DNA of 64,000 nucleotides from Lingula anatina (taxonomy: Eukaryota; Animalia; Brachiopoda), in NCBI GenBank assembly GCA_051362555.1, contig CM120647.1, forward strand, positions 1,674,001 through 1,738,000, given 5' to 3'. A program made the position numbers and the translations under genes. The notes beneath the pieces were generated by a model that was not told the DNA's origin, made no database searches, and was given only the letters and a program-made list of their open reading frames with translations. Shown here piece by piece: positions 9,801 to 25,100 of the stretch (its first letter is position 1; every line of letters starts with the position of its first letter).

Positions 9801-12800
9801 CTTGCCAGAATTAATTTTTGAAAATTTCCATTGATTACTATAAGAGGAAACTCGTACGTATGGAGGGTGGGCGGGTCAGTTGCGGTGCAGTCGGTAGCGT
9901 GCATGGATGCAAATGAGCAATCCAAAGTGTCATCAACCATGGTAACGAAAAGTCACGAGTTCGAATCCCGGATGAGGCACGTCACTCAATCACGACAACG
10001 ACTGGGCCCCTGAATCGGGATGTCACGAGAACGACTGTGGGCTCTCGTGGGTCTTTGCAAATTACCTTTTGCATAAAAATACGGTATACTTTAACAAGTT
10101 TTCATGAAGTGATCGATTTAAAACCAACATATTGCTGGTCCTTAGAATAAAGTCTGCGTCGTCAATATAATATTTCCTTTCTTTTCACTTAAATGTCCTT
10201 ATATTGGTGCCACAGATACCGAAGTTGAATGCAGCCGTAGCTAACTCCGTATGTACTGCATTTCTTTAAAATGTCTTATTGCTTTTAACGGGCATTCATT
10301 TCGTCTTTTTAAGCCCCACTATGCTGTCTTGGGCCCTTAATTGCTTCTTAAGCATACAGTACCCGGGGCAAGTCCGCAGTCGACATTTGAAAGAGTAAAG
10401 ACTACTCAATACTAAAACCGCCGAGGTGTGAACAGCTGCGCATCTCATCGTGCTCTGTAACGGCAAAGGTGAAACCAAGCGTTATCTCAGTGCAAAAGAA
10501 AATGAAAATAAAAGCATCGGAAGTCATCTTACTCGGAACTCTCCGAGCTGTTGGCCCATCCATGAAAGCGACACGACCGAACTTGAATTGATTCGGTAGC
10601 TTTTCCGGTATGACAGCACGTCATGCCACCTGTTAACCGTGTTCAGCAGAAAAACTATATCTTCTAGACGGCGTTATTTGCCAATTTTGCTTTACTCAAA
10701 TATTTCCATTGCCGCAATTGCTTAAATGGAAATCGCACCAGTAATTACACATTTAAATATATATATTTTTTCAATTCTCCCTTCTTAGGGTCTCCCTTAA
10801 ACTAAAACAAGCCAGTTGTAAACCGTCTTTGATCCCATTGTACTCTTTAATATCATTAGTAAAGCCAAATTTATTGTAAGTATAAATCAAACTCCGAGCT
10901 CCATGTCGGGTTCTCAAACACGGCTTCCTGTACATCATGGAATTAACCGTTGATGATACGAGCACTGGGGTTGCGTGGGATGAAATACGGCACCCGGATT
11001 ATCGACTGGGACAGCAGATATGTACATGTAGGTCTAATCTCTCCGTGACAAAGTTGAAAGTATCCATCTGAACTTCAAGTATCAACGAAGCTGCCGTGGC
11101 TTCGTGGTAACGTTGCCGTTTGGAATACCGGCAGACACTCTTAGCTAGGCTGGTTCGAGTCCCAGCAGATTGCGATCTCCTTTTCTTGCCAGAATTAATT
11201 TTTGAAAATTTCCATTGATTACTATAAGAGGAAACTCGTACGTATGGAGGGTGGGCGGGTCAGTTGCGGTGCAGTCGGTAGCGTGCATGGATGCAAATGA
11301 GCAATCCAAAGTGTCATCAACCATGGTAACGAAAAGTCACGAGTTCGAATCCCGGATGAGGCACGTCACTCAATCACGACAACGACTGGGCCCCTGAATC
11401 GGGATGTCACGAGAACGACTGTGGGCTCTCGTGGGTCTTTGCAAATTACCTTTTGCATAAAAATACGGTATACTTTAACAAGTTTTCATGAAGTGATCGA
11501 TTTAAAACCAACATATTGCTGGTCCTTAGAATAAAGTCTGCGTCGTCAATATAATATTTCCTTTCTTTTCACTTAAATGTCCTTATATTGGTGCCACAGA
11601 TACCGAAGTTGAATGCAGCCGTAGCTAACTCCGTATGTACTGCATTTCTTTAAAATGTCTTATTGCTTTTAACGGGCATTCATTTCGTCTTTTTAAGCCC
11701 CACTATGCTGTCTTGGGCCCTTAATTGCTTCTTAAGCATACAGTACCTGGGGCAAGTCCGCAGTCGACATTTGAAAGAGTAAAGACTACTCAATACTAAA
11801 ACCGCCGAGGTGTGAACAGCTGCGCATCTCATCGTGCTCTGTAACGGCAAAGGTGAAACCAAGCGTTATCTCAGTGCAAAAGAAAATGAAAATAAAAGCA
11901 TCGGAAGTCATCTTACTCGGAACTCTCCGAGCTGTTGGCCCATCCATGAAAGCGACACGACCGAACTTGAATTGATTCGGTAGCTTTTCCGGTATGACAG
12001 CACGTCATGCCACCTGTTAACCGTGTTCAGCAGAAAAACTATATCTTCTAGACGGCGTTATTTGCCAATTTTGCTTTACTCAAATATTTCCATTGCCGCA
12101 ATTGCTTAAATGGAAATCGCACCAGTAATTACACATTTAAATATATATATTTTTTCAATTCTCCCTTCTTAGGGTCTCCCTTAAACTAAAACAAGCCAGT
12201 TGTAAACCGTCTTTGATCCCATTGTACTCTTAAATATCATTAGTAAAGCCAAATTTATTGTAAGTATAAATCAAACTCCGAGCTCCATGTCGGGTTCTCA
12301 AACACGGCTTCCTGTACATCATGGAATTTACCGTTGATGATACGAGCACTGGGGTTGCGTGGGATGAAATACGGCACCCGGATTATCGACTGGGACAGCA
12401 GATATGTACATGTAGGTCTAATCTCTCCGTGACAAAGTTGAAAGTATCCATCTGAACTTCGAGTATCAACGAAGCTGCCGTGGCTTCGTGGTAACGTTGC
12501 CGTTTGGAATACCGGCAGACACTCTTAGCTAGGCTGGTTCGAGTCCCAGCAGATTGCGATCTCCTTTTCTTGCCAGAATTAATTTTTGAAAATTTCCATT
12601 GATTACTATAAGAGGAAACTCGTACGTATGGAGGGTGGGCGGGTCAGTTACGGTGCAGTCGGTAGCGTGCATGGATGCAAATGAGCAATCCAAAGTGTCA
12701 TCAACCATGGTAACGCAAAGTCACGAGTTCGAATCCCGGATGAGGCACGTCACTCAATCACGACAACGACTGGGCCCCTGAATCGGGATGTCACGAGAAC

Positions 12801-15800
12801 GACTGTGGGCTCTCGTGGGTCTTTGCAAATTACCTTTTGCATAAAAATACGGTATACTTTAACAAGTTTTCATGAAGTGATCGATTTAAAACCAACATAT
12901 TGCTGGTCCTTAGAATAAAGTCTGCGTCATCAATATAATATTTCCTTTCTTTTCACTTAAATGTCCTTATATTGGTGCCACAGATACCGAAGTTGAATGC
13001 AGCCGTAGCTAACTCCGTATGTACTGCATTTCTTTAAAATGTCTTATTGCTTTTAACGGGCATTCATTTCGTCTTTTTAAGCCCCACTATGCTGTCTTGG
13101 GCCCTTAATTGCTTCTTAAGCATACAGTACCCGGGGCAAGTCCGCAGTCGACATTTGAAAGAGTAAAGACTACTCAATACTAAAACCGCCGAGGTGTGAA
13201 CAGCTGCGCATCTCATCGTGCTCTGTAACGGCAAAGGTGAAACCAAGCGTTATCTCAGTGCAAAAGAAAATGAAAATAAAAGCATCGGAAGTCATCTTAC
13301 TCGGAACTCTCCGAGCTGTTGGCCCATCCATGAAAGCGACACGACCGAACTTGAATTGATTCGGTAGCTTTTCCGGTATGACAGCACGTCATGCCACCTG
13401 TTAACCGTGTTCAGCAGAAAAACTATATCTTCTAGACGGCGTTATTTGCCAATTTTGCTTTACTCAAATATTTCCATTGCCGCAATTGCTTAAATGGAAA
13501 TCGCACCAGTAATTACACATTTAAATATATATATTTTTTCAATTCTCCCTTCTTAGGGTCTCCCTTCAACTAAAACAAGCCAGTTGTAAACCGTCTTTGA
13601 TCCCATTGTACTCTTTAATATCATTAGTAAAGCCAAATTTATTGTAAGTATAAATCAAACTCCGAGCTCCATGTCGGGTTCTCAAACACGGCTTCCTGTA
13701 CATCATGGAATTAACCGTTGATGATACGAGCACTGGGGTTGCGTGGGATGAAATACGGCACCCGGATTATCGACTGGGACAGCAGATATGTACATGTAGG
13801 TCTAATCTCTCCGTGACAAAGTTGAAAGTATCCATCTGAACTTCGAGTATCAACGAAGCTGTCTTGGCTTCGTGGTAACGTTGCCGTTTGGAATACCGGC
13901 AGACACTCTTAGCTAGGCTGGTTCGAGTCCCAGCAGATTGCGATCTCCTTTTCTTGCCAGAATTAATTTTTGAAAATTTCCATTGATTACTATAAGAGGA
14001 AACTCGTACGTATGGAGGGTGGGCGGGTCAGTTACGGTGCAGTCGGTAGCGTGCATGGATGCAAATGAGCAATCCAAAGTGTCATCAACCATGGTAACGC
14101 AAAGTCACGAGTTCGAATCCCGGATGAGGCACGTCACTCAATCACGACAACGACTGGGCCCCTGAATCGGGATGTCACGAGAACGACTGTGGGCTCTCGT
14201 GGGTCTTTGCAAATTACCTTTTGCATAAAAATACGGTATACTTTAACAAGTTTTCATGAAGTGATCGATTTAAAACCAACATATTGCTGGTCCTTAGAAT
14301 AAAGTCTGCGTCGTCAATATAATATTTCCTTTCTTTTCACTTAAATGTCCTTATATTGGTGCCACAGATACCGAAGTTGAATGCAGCCGTAGCTAACTCC
14401 GTAAGTACTGCATTTCTTTAAAATGTCTTATTGCTTTTAACGGGCATTCATTTCGTCTTTTTAAGCCCCACTATGCTGTCTTGGGCCCTTAATTGCTTCT
14501 TAAGCATACAGTACCCGGGGCAAGTCCGCAGTCGACATTTGAAAGAGTAAAGACTACTCAATACTAAAACCGCCGAGGTGTGAACAGCTGCGCATCTCAT
14601 CGTGCTCTGTAACGGCAAAGGTGAAACCAAGCGTTATCTCAGTGCAAAAGAAAATGAAAATAAAAGCATCGGAAGTCATCTTACTCGGAACTCTCCGAGC
14701 TGTTGGCCCATCCATGAAAGCGACACGACCGAACTTGAATTGATTCGGTAGCTTTTCCGGTATGACAGCACGTCATGCCACCTGTTAACCGTGTTCAGCA
14801 GAAAAACTATATCTTCTAGACGGCGTTATTTGCCAATTTTGCTTTACTCAAATATTTCCATTGCCGCAATTGCTTAAATGGAAATCGCACCAGTAATTAC
14901 ACATTTAAATATATATATTTTTTCAATTCTCCCTTCTTAGGGTCTCCCTTAAACTAAAACAAGCCAGTTGTAAACCGTCTTTGATCCCATTGTACTCTTT
15001 AATATCATTAGTAAAGCCAAATTTATTGTAAGTATAAATCAAACTCCGAGCTCCATGTCGGGTTCTCAAACACGGCTTCCTGTACATCATGGAATTAACC
15101 GTTGATGATACGAGCACTGGGGTTGCGTGGGATGAAATACGGCACCCGGATTATCGACTGGGACAGCAGATATGTACATGTAGGTCTAATCTCTCCGTGA
15201 CAAAGTTGAAAGTATCCATCTGAACTTCGAGTATCAACGAAGCTGCCGTGGCTTCGTGGTAACGTTGCCGTTTGGAATACCGGCAGACACTCTTAGCTAG
15301 GCTGGTTCGAGTCCCAGCAGATTGCGATCTCCTTTTCTTGCCAGAATTAATTTTTGAAAATTTCCATTGATTACTATAAGAGGAAACTCGTACGTATGGA
15401 GGGTGGGCGGGTCAGTTACGGTGCAGTCGGTAGCGTGCATGGATGCAAATGAGCAATCCAAAGTGTCATCAACCATGGTAACGCAAAGTCACGAGTTCGA
15501 ATCCCGGATGAGGCACGTCACTCAATCACGACAACGACTGGGCCCCTGAATCGGGATGTCACGAGAACGACTGTGGGCTCTCGTGGGTCTTTGCAAATTA
15601 CCTTTTGCATAAAAATACGGTATACTTTAACAAGTTTTCATGAAGTGATCGATTTAAAACGAACATATTGCTGGTCCTTAGAATAAAGTCTGCGTCGTCA
15701 ATATAATATTTCCTTTCTTTTCACTTAAATGTCCTTATATTGGTGCCACAGATACCGAAGTTGAATGCAGCCGTAGCTAACTCCGTAAGTACTGCATTTC

Positions 15801-17638
15801 TTTAAAATGTCTTATTGCTTTTAACGGGCATTCATTTCGTCTTTTTAAGCCCCACTATGCTGTCTTGGGCCCTTTATTGCTTCTTAAGCATACAGTACCC
15901 GGGACAAGTCCGCAGTCGACATTTGAAAGAGTAAAGACTACTCAATACTAAAACCGCCGAGGTGTGAACAGCTGCGCATCTCATCGTGCTCTGTAACGGC
16001 AAAGGTGAAACCAAGCGTTATCTCAGTGCAAAAGAAAATGAAAATAAAAGCATCGGAAGTCATCTTACTCGGAACTCTCCGAGCTGTTGGCCCATCCATG
16101 AAAGCGACACGACCGAACTTGAATTGATTCGGTAGCTTTTCCGGTATGACAGCACGTCATGCCACCTGTTAACCGTGTTCAGCAGAAAAACTATATCTTC
16201 TAGACGGCGTTATTTGCCAATTTTGCTTTACTCAAATATTTCCATTGCCGCAATTGCTTAAATGGAAATCGCACCAGTAATTACACATTTAAATATATAT
16301 ATTTTTTCAATTCTCCCTTCTTAGGGTCTCCCTTAAACTAAAACAAGCCAGTTGTAAACCGTCTTTGATCCCATTGTACTCTTTAATATCATTAGTAAAG
16401 CCAAATTTATTGTAAGTATAAATCAAACTCCGAGCTCCATGTCGGGTTCTCAAACACGGCTTCCTGTACATCATGGAATTTACCGTTGATGATACGAGCA
16501 CTGGGGTTGCGTGGGATGAAATACGGCACCCGGATTATCGACTGGGACAGCAGATATGTACATGTAGGTCTAATCTCTCCGTGACAAAGTTGAAAGTATC
16601 CATCTGAACTTCGAGTATCAACGAAACTGCCGTGGCTTCGTGGTAACGTTGCCGTTTGGAATACCGGCAGACACTCTTAGCTAGGCTGGTTCGAGTCCCA
16701 GCAGATTGCGATCTCCTTTTCTTGCCAGAATTAATTTTTGAAAATTTCCAATGATTACTATAAGAGGAAACTCGTACGTATGGAGGGTGGGCGGGTCAGT
16801 TACGGTGCAGTCGGTAGCGTGCATGGATGCAAATGAGCAATCCAAAGTGTCATCAACCATGGTAACGCAAAGTCACGAGTTCGAATCCCGGATGAGGCAC
16901 GTCACTCAATCACGACAACGACTGGGCCCCTGAATCGGGATGTCACGAGAACGACTGTGGGCTCTCGTGGGTCTTTGCAAATTACCTTTTGCATAAAAAT
17001 ACGGTATACTTTAACAAGTTTTCATGAAGTGATCGATTTAAAACCAACATATTGCTGGTCCTTAGAATAAAGTCTGCGTCGTCAATATAATATTTCCTTT
17101 CTTTTCACTTAAATGTCCTTATATTGGTGCCACAGATACCGAAGTTGAATGCAGCCGTAGCTAACTCCGTATGTACTGCATTTCTTTAAAATGTCTTATT
17201 GCTTTTAACGGGCATTCATTTCGTCTTTTTAAGCCCCACTATGCTGTCTTGGGCCCTTAATTGCTTCTTAAGCATACAGTACCCGGGTCAAGTCCGCAGT
17301 CGACATTTGAAAGAGTAAAGACTACTCAATACTAAAACCGCCGAGGTGTGAACAGCTGCGCATCTCATCGTGCTCTGTAACGGCAAAGGTGAAACCAAGC
17401 GTTATCTCAGTGCAAAAGAAAATGAAAATAAAAGCATCGGAAGTCATCTTACTCGGAACTCTCCGAGCTGTTGGCCCATCCATGAAAGCGACACGACCGA
17501 ACTTGAATTGATTCGGTAGCTTTTCCGGTATGACAGCACGTCATGCCACCTGTTAACCGTGTTCAGCAGAAAAACTATATCTTCTAGACGGCGTTATTTG
17601 CCAATTTTGCTTTACTCAAATATTTCCATTGCCGCAAT

Positions 17639-19158
17639 AAAGGGAACCGGAGAAGATCAGCATTGGTCAGAATTGTGCCGGAAGTGACGTGCAGTGGTGT
17701 TAGAAACGAAGCTGAGTGGTCATTTTAACATAGAGGTGAACGGCAGTGAAGACGGGTTTTCGGAGGAAAAAGAAGTTTTCTAAACAACATGGTAAGATAA
17801 CACTTTTTCTTTACGCATTTTGGGCAGAGAAAACTTGTAGAAATAATAAATGCATGATATGAAAACGTGACACGGAACTTGAAGGTGCAAAATCGTGCTT
17901 AATTGGCGGTCAACTTGTTTAGAAATAAATGCTGCGTCGACCGCCAGCGCGACAAAAAGGGTAAAGAGGAAATAATTCCCGGGAGTCTATAAATCGTTGT
18001 CATGTGGAAATTTGGCATTAATATAATCCGATATGTCCATATCTAAGTATTTTTGGGTGTTTTATGGTATGGGCTGCAATTACAACGATGTTTTAGAGGT
18101 CTTGAAGGACCTTGTGAAAACCAGGAAGTAGTTCGTAACTAACAAGTGGAATGTACCGATCTCCGACTGCTGTGCACAGCTGTATCTTTTTTTTAATATA
18201 TTGACGAATTTTTAGATCTTTATATGTCCATCTGGCATGAAATTCCACACACATGATCACACTGATATACCTTTTACACTGGGGAAGGCGCTAATCAGTG
18301 ACAAATGCCAAGACAAAGGTGACATTCTGACAGCCTCTTATCTGAGTTAAAAATCACTGACAAAAGAGACTGGCAATCAATTTCCTCAGGCTGGCAATCA
18401 TTAGCCTATAGAAATTGGTCATGTTACATGTTATCTACCTGTGAGAATCGTTTTACCAACTGAGTATTGCATAATAATGTCAATTATTAGTACTTTGAGC
18501 TAGTCTTAATTACCTGTCAGCTCACCTGAATTCTCTTTTTTGTCTTTTTGGGAAGATCTTGTCAGTGAAATGTTTTATTTGTCCTGTGACAAAAATTCGT
18601 CAATATATTGAAAAAAAGATACAGCTGTGCACAGCAGTCGGAGATCGGTACATTTCACTTGTTAGTTACGAACTACTTCCTTGTTTTCACAAGGTCCTTC
18701 AAGACCTCTAAAACTTCGTTCTAATTGCAGCTCATACACCCCAAAAATACTTAGATATGGACATATCGGATTATATAAATGCCAAATTTCCACATGGCAA
18801 CGATTTACAGCCTCCCGGGAATTATTTTCCATTTACACTCTTTGTCGCAATGGCGGTCGATGCAGCATTCATTTTAAAACAAGTTGACCGCCAATTAAGC
18901 ACGATTTTGCACCTTCAAGTTCCGTGTCACGTTTTCATATCATGCATTTATTATTTCTACAAGTTTTCTCTGCCCAAAATGCGTAAAGAAAAAGTGTTAT
19001 CTTACCATGTTGTTTAGAAAACTTCTTTTTCCTCCGACAACCCGTCTTCACTGCCGTTCACCTCTATGTTAAAATGACCACTCAGCTTCGTTTCTAACAC
19101 CACTGCACGTCACTTCCGGCACAATTCTGACCAATGCTGATCTTCTCCGGTTCCCTTT
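17639..19158. mobile_element. Foldback-type non-autonomous DNA transposon with ~570-bp terminal inverted repeats
   Basis: 17639-18213 is the reverse complement of 18591-19158 (AAAGGGAACCGGAGAAGATCAGC...GCTGATCTTCTCCGGTTCCCTTT), with a ~377-bp spacer. Other satellite units show the empty site gccgcAATTgctt, implying an AT duplication or a blunt insertion of TAAAGGG...CCCTTTA at AA^TT. Confidence 0.93.
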
Positions 19159-22100
19159 ATTGCTTAAATGGAAATCGCACCAGTAATTACACATTTAAAT
19201 ATATATATTTTTTCAATTCTCCCTTCTTAGGGTCTCCCTTAAACTAAAACAAGCCAGTTGTAAACCGTCTTTGATCCCATTGTACTCTTTAATATCATTA
19301 GTAAAGCCAAATTTATTGTAAGTATAAATCAAACTCCGAGCTCCATGTCGGGTTCTCAAACACGGCTTCCTGTACATCATGGAATTAACCGTTGATGATA
19401 CGAGCACTGGGGTTGCGTGGGATGAAATACGGCACCCGGATTATCGACTGGGACAGCAGATATGTACATGTAGGTCTAATCTCTCCGTGACAAAGTTGAA
19501 AGTATCCATCTGAACTTCGAGTATGGAGGGTGGGCGGGTCAGTTACGGCGCAGTCGGTAGCGTGCATGGATGCAAATGAGCAATCCAAAGTGTCATCAAC
19601 CATGGTAACGCAAAGTCACGAGTTCGAATCCCGGATGAGGCACGTCACTCAATCACGACAACGACTGGGCCCCTGAATCGGGATGTCACGAGAACGACTG
19701 TGGGCTCTCGTGGGTCTTTGCAGATTACCTTTTGCATAAAAATACGGTATACTTTAACAAGTTTTCATGAAGTGATCGATTTAAAACGAACATATTGCTG
19801 GTCCTTAGAATAAAGTCTGCGTCGTCAATATAATATTTCCTTTCTTTTCACTTAAATGTCCTTATATTGGTGCCACAGATCCCGAAGTTGAATGCAGCCA
19901 TAGCTAACTCCGTATGTACTGCATTTCTTCAAAATGTCCTATCATCTCGTTGGGATTATCACAGAGAAAATTTTTATTGTTTTCAAAAGTCGCGTCGATT
20001 TTATTGCTTTTAACGGGCATTCATTTCGTCTTTTTAAGCCCCACTATGCTGCCTTGGGCCCTTAATTGCTTCTTAAGCATACAGTACCCGGGGCAAGTCC
20101 GCAGTCGACATTTGAAAGAGTAAAGACTACTCAATACTAAAACCGCCGAGGTGTGAACAGCTGCGCATCTCATCGTGCTCTGTAACGCCAAAGGTGAAAC
20201 CAAGCGTTATCTCAGTGCAAAAGAAAATGAAAATAAAAGCATCGGAAGTCATCTTACTCGGAACTTTCCGAGCTGCCCCATCAATGAAGGCGACACGACC
20301 GAACTTGAATTGATTCGGTAGCTTTTCCGGTATGACAGCACGCCATGCCACCTGTTAACCGTGTTCAGCAGAAAAACTATATCTTCTAGGCGGCGTTATT
20401 TGCCAATTTTGCTTTACTCAAATATTTCCATTGCCGCAATTGCTTAAATGGAAATCGCACCAGTAATTACACATTCAAATATATATTTTTTTCAATTCGA
20501 CCTTCTTAGGGTCTCCTTTTAACTAAAACAAGCCAGTTGTAAACCGTCTTTGATCCCATTGTACTCTTTTACATCATTAGTAAAGCCAAATTTATTGTAA
20601 GTATAAATCAAACTCCGAGCTCCGTGTCGGGTTCTCAAACACGGCTTCCTGTACATCATGGAATTTACCGTTGATGATAAAGCGTGGTCGAGCACTGGGG
20701 TTGCGTGGGATGAAATACCGCACCCGGATTATCGATTGGGACAGCAGATATGTACATGTAGGTCCAATCTCTCCGTGACAAAGTTGAAAGTATCCATCTG
20801 AACTTCGAGTATCAACGAAGCTGCCGTGGCTTCGTGGTAACGTTGCTGTTTGTGATACCGGCAGACACTCGATGGCTGGTTCGAGTCACAGCAGATTGCG
20901 GTCTCCTTTTCTTGCCAAAATTAATTTTTGAAAATTTCCATTGATTACTATAAGAGGAAACTCGTACGTATGGAGGGCGGGCGGGTCAGTTACGGCGCAG
21001 TCGGTAGCGTGCATGGATGCAAATGAGCAGTCCAAAGTGTCATCAACCATGGTAACGCAAAGTCACGAGTTCGAATCCCGGATGAGGCACGTCACTCAAT
21101 CACGACAACGACTGGGCCCCTGAATCGGGATGTCACGAGAACGACTGTGGGCTCTCGTGGGTATTTGCAATTTACCTTTTGCATAAAAATACGGTATACT
21201 TAAATAAGTTTTCATGAAGTGATGGATGATTTAAAACGAACATAATGCTTTTCTTTAGAACAAAGTCTGCGTCGTCAATATAATATTTCCTTTCTTTTCA
21301 CTTAAATGTCCTTATATTGGTTCCACAGATCCTGAAGTTCAATGCAGCCCTAGCTAACTCCGTATGTACTGCATTTCTTCAAAATGTCCTATCATCTCTT
21401 TGGGATTATCACAAAGAAAATTTTTATTGTTTTCAAAAGTGGCGTCGATTTTATTGCTTTTAACGGCCATTCATTTTGTCTTTTAAAGCCCCACTATGCT
21501 GTCTTGGGCCCTTAATTGCTTGTAAAGACCATTCATATGTTCAAACAGTACCCGGGACAAGTCAGCAGTCGACATTTGAAAGAGTAAAGACTACTCAATA
21601 CTAAAAACGCCGAGGTGTGAACAGCTGCGCACCTCATCGTGCTCTATGACGGCAAAGGTGAAACCAAGCGTTATCTCAGTGCAAAACAAAATGAAAATAA
21701 AAGCATCGGAAGCCATATTACTCGGAACTCTCTAAGCTGGTGGCCCATCAATGAAAGCGACACGACCGAACTTGAATTGATTCGGTAGCTTTTCCGGTAT
21801 AATAGCACGTCATGCCACCTGTTAACCGTTTTCAGCAGAAAAATTATATCTTCTAGGCGGAATTATTTGCCAATTTTGCTTTACTCAAATATTTCCATTG
21901 CCGCAATTGCTTAAATAGAAATCGCACCAGTAATTACACATTTCAATGTTTTTTTTTAATTCCCCCTTCTTAGGGTCTCCCTTAAAGTAAAACAAGCCAG
22001 TTGTAAACCGTCTTTGATCCCATTGTACTCTTTAATTTCATCAGTAAAGCCAAATTTATTTAAGTATAAATCAAACTCCGAGCTCCGTGTCGGGTTCCCA

Positions 22101-25100
22101 AACACGGCTTCCTGTACATCATGGAATTTACCGTTGATGATACGAGCACTGGGGTTGCGTGGGATGAAGTACGGCACCCAGATTATCGATTGGGACAGCA
22201 GATATATACATGTAGGTCCAATCTCTCCGTGACAAGTTTGAAAGTATCTATCTGTACTTCGAGTATCAATCCAAAGTGTCATCAACCATGGTAACGCAAA
22301 GTCACGAGTTCGAATCCCGGATGATGCACGTCACTCAATCACGACAGCGACTGGGCCCCTGAATCGGTATGTCACGAGAACGACTGTGGGCTCTCGTGGG
22401 TCTTTGCAAATTACCTTTTGCATAAAAATACGGTATACTTTAACAAGTTTTCATGAAGTGATCGATTGAAAACGAACATATTGCTTTTCTTTAGAACAAA
22501 GTCTGCGTCGTCAATATAATATTTCCTTTCTTTTCACTTAAATGTTCTTATATTGGTGCCACAGATCCTGAATTTCAATGGAGCCATAGCTAACTCCGTA
22601 TGTTCTGCATTTCTTCAAAATGTCCTATCATCTCGTTGGGATTATCACAGAGAAAATTTTTATTGTTTTCAAAAGTCGCGTCGATTTTATTGCTTTTAAC
22701 GGGCATTCATTTCGTCTTTTTAAACCCCACTATGCTGTCTTGGGCCCTTAATTGCTTCTTAAGCATACAGTACCCGGGGCAAGTCCGCAGTCGACATTTG
22801 AAAGAGTAAAGACTACTCAATACTAAAACCGCCGAGGTGTGAACAGCTGCGCATCTCATCGTGCTCTGTAACGCCAAAGGTGAAACCAAGCGTTATCTCA
22901 GTGCAAAACAAAATGAAAATAAAAGCATCGGAAGTCATCTTACTTGGAACTTTCCGAGCTGCCCCATCAATGAAGGCGACACGACCGAACTTGAATTCAT
23001 ATCGTAGCTTTTCCGGTATAACAGCACGTCATACCACCTGTTAACCATGTTCAGCAGAAAAACTATATCTTCTAGGTGGAATTATTTGCCAATTTTGCTT
23101 TACTCAAATATTTCCATTGCCGCAATTGCTTAAATGGAAATCGCACCAGTAATTACACATTTAAATATATATTTTTTTCAATTCCTCCTTCTTAGGGTCT
23201 CCCTTAAACTAAAACAAGCCAGTTGTAAACCGTCTTTGATCCCATTGTACTCTTTAATATCATAAGTAAAGCCAAATTTATTGTAAGTATAAATCAAACT
23301 CCGAGCTCCGTGTCGGGTTCTCAAACACGGCTTCCTGTACATCATGGAATTTACCGTTGATGATACGAGCACTGGGGTTGCGTGGGATGAAATACCGCAC
23401 CCGGATTATCGATTGGGACAGCAGATATGTACATGTAGGTCCAATCTCTCCGTGACAAAGTTGAAAGTATCCATCTGAACTTCGAGTGTCAACGAAGCTG
23501 CCGTGGCTTCGTGGTAACGTTGCTGTTTGTGATACCGGCAGACACTCGATGGCTGGTTCGAGTCACAGCAGATTGCGGTCTCCTTTTCTTGCCAAAATTA
23601 ATTTTTGAAAATTTCCATTGATTACTATAAGAGGAAACTCGTACGTATGGAGGGCGGGCGGGTCAGTTACGGCGCAGTCGGTAGCGTGCATGGATGCAAA
23701 TGAGCAGTCCAAAGTGTCATCAACCATGGTAACGCAAAGTCACGAGTTCGAATCCCGGATGAGGCACGTCACTCAATCACGACAACGACTGGGCCCCTGA
23801 ATCGGGATGTCACGAGAACGACTGTGGGCTCTCGTGGGTATTTGCAATTTACCTTTTGCATAAAAATACGGTATACTTAAATAAGTTTTCATGAAGTGAT
23901 GGATGATTTAAAACGAACATAATGCTTTTCTTTAGAACAAAGTCTGCGTCGTCAATATAATATTTCCTTTCTTTTCACTTAAATGTCCTTATATTGGTTC
24001 CACAGATCCTGAAGTTCAATGCAGCCCTAGCTAACTCCGTATGTACTGCATTTCTTCAAAATGTCCTATCATCTCTTTGGGATTATCACAAAGAAAATTT
24101 TTATTGTTTTCAAAAGTGGCGTCGATTTTATTGCTTTTAACGGCCATTCATTTTGTCTTTTAAAGCCCCACTATGCTGTCTTGGGCCCTTAATTGCTTGT
24201 AAAGACCATTCATATGTTCAAACAGTACCCGGGACAAGTCAGCAGTCGACATTTGAAAGAGTAAAGACTACTCAATACTAAAAACGCCGAGGTGTGAACA
24301 GCTGCGCACCTCATCGTGCTCTATGACGGCAAAGGTGAAACCAAGCGTTATCTCAGTGCAAAACAAAATGAAAATAAAAGCATCGGAAGCCATATTACTC
24401 GGAACTCTCTAAGCTGGTGGCCCATCAATGAAAGCGACACGACCGAACTTGAATTGATTCGGTAGCTTTTCCGGTATAATAGCACGTCATGCCACCTGTT
24501 AACCGTTTTCAGCAGAAAAATTATATCTTCTAGGCGGAATTATTTGCCAATTTTGCTTTACTTAAATATTTCCATTGCCGCAATTGCTTAAATGGAAAAC
24601 GCACAAGTAATTACACATTTAAATGTTTTTTTTAAATTCCCCCTTCTTAGGGTCTCCCTTAAACTAAAACAAGCCAGTTGTAAACCGTCTTTGATCCCAT
24701 TGTACTCTTTAATTTCATCAGTAAAGCCAAATTTATTTAAGTATAAATCAAACTCCGAGCTCCGTGTCGGGTTCCCAAACACAGCTTCCTGTACATCATG
24801 GAATTTACCGTTGATGATACGAGCACTGGGGTTGCGTGGGATGAAGTACGGCACCCAGATTATCGATTGGGACAGCAGATATATACATGTAGGTCCAATC
24901 TCTCCGTGACAAGTTTGAAAGTATCTATCTGTACTTCGAGTATCAATCCAAAGTGTCATCAACCATGGTAACGCAAAGTCACGAGTTCGAATCCCGGATG
25001 ATGCACGTCACTCAATCACGACAGCGACTGGGCCCCTGAATCGGTATGTCACGAGAACGACTGTGGGCTCTCGTGGGTCTTTGCAAATTACCTTTTGCAT

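Noticed and set aside
7421-17000. Recurrent 60-69-aa ORFs in the satellite as a tandem gene family
   Set aside because: Mostly non-ATG starts, overlapping on both strands, broken in some units, no recognisable domain; recurrence reflects DNA repetition.
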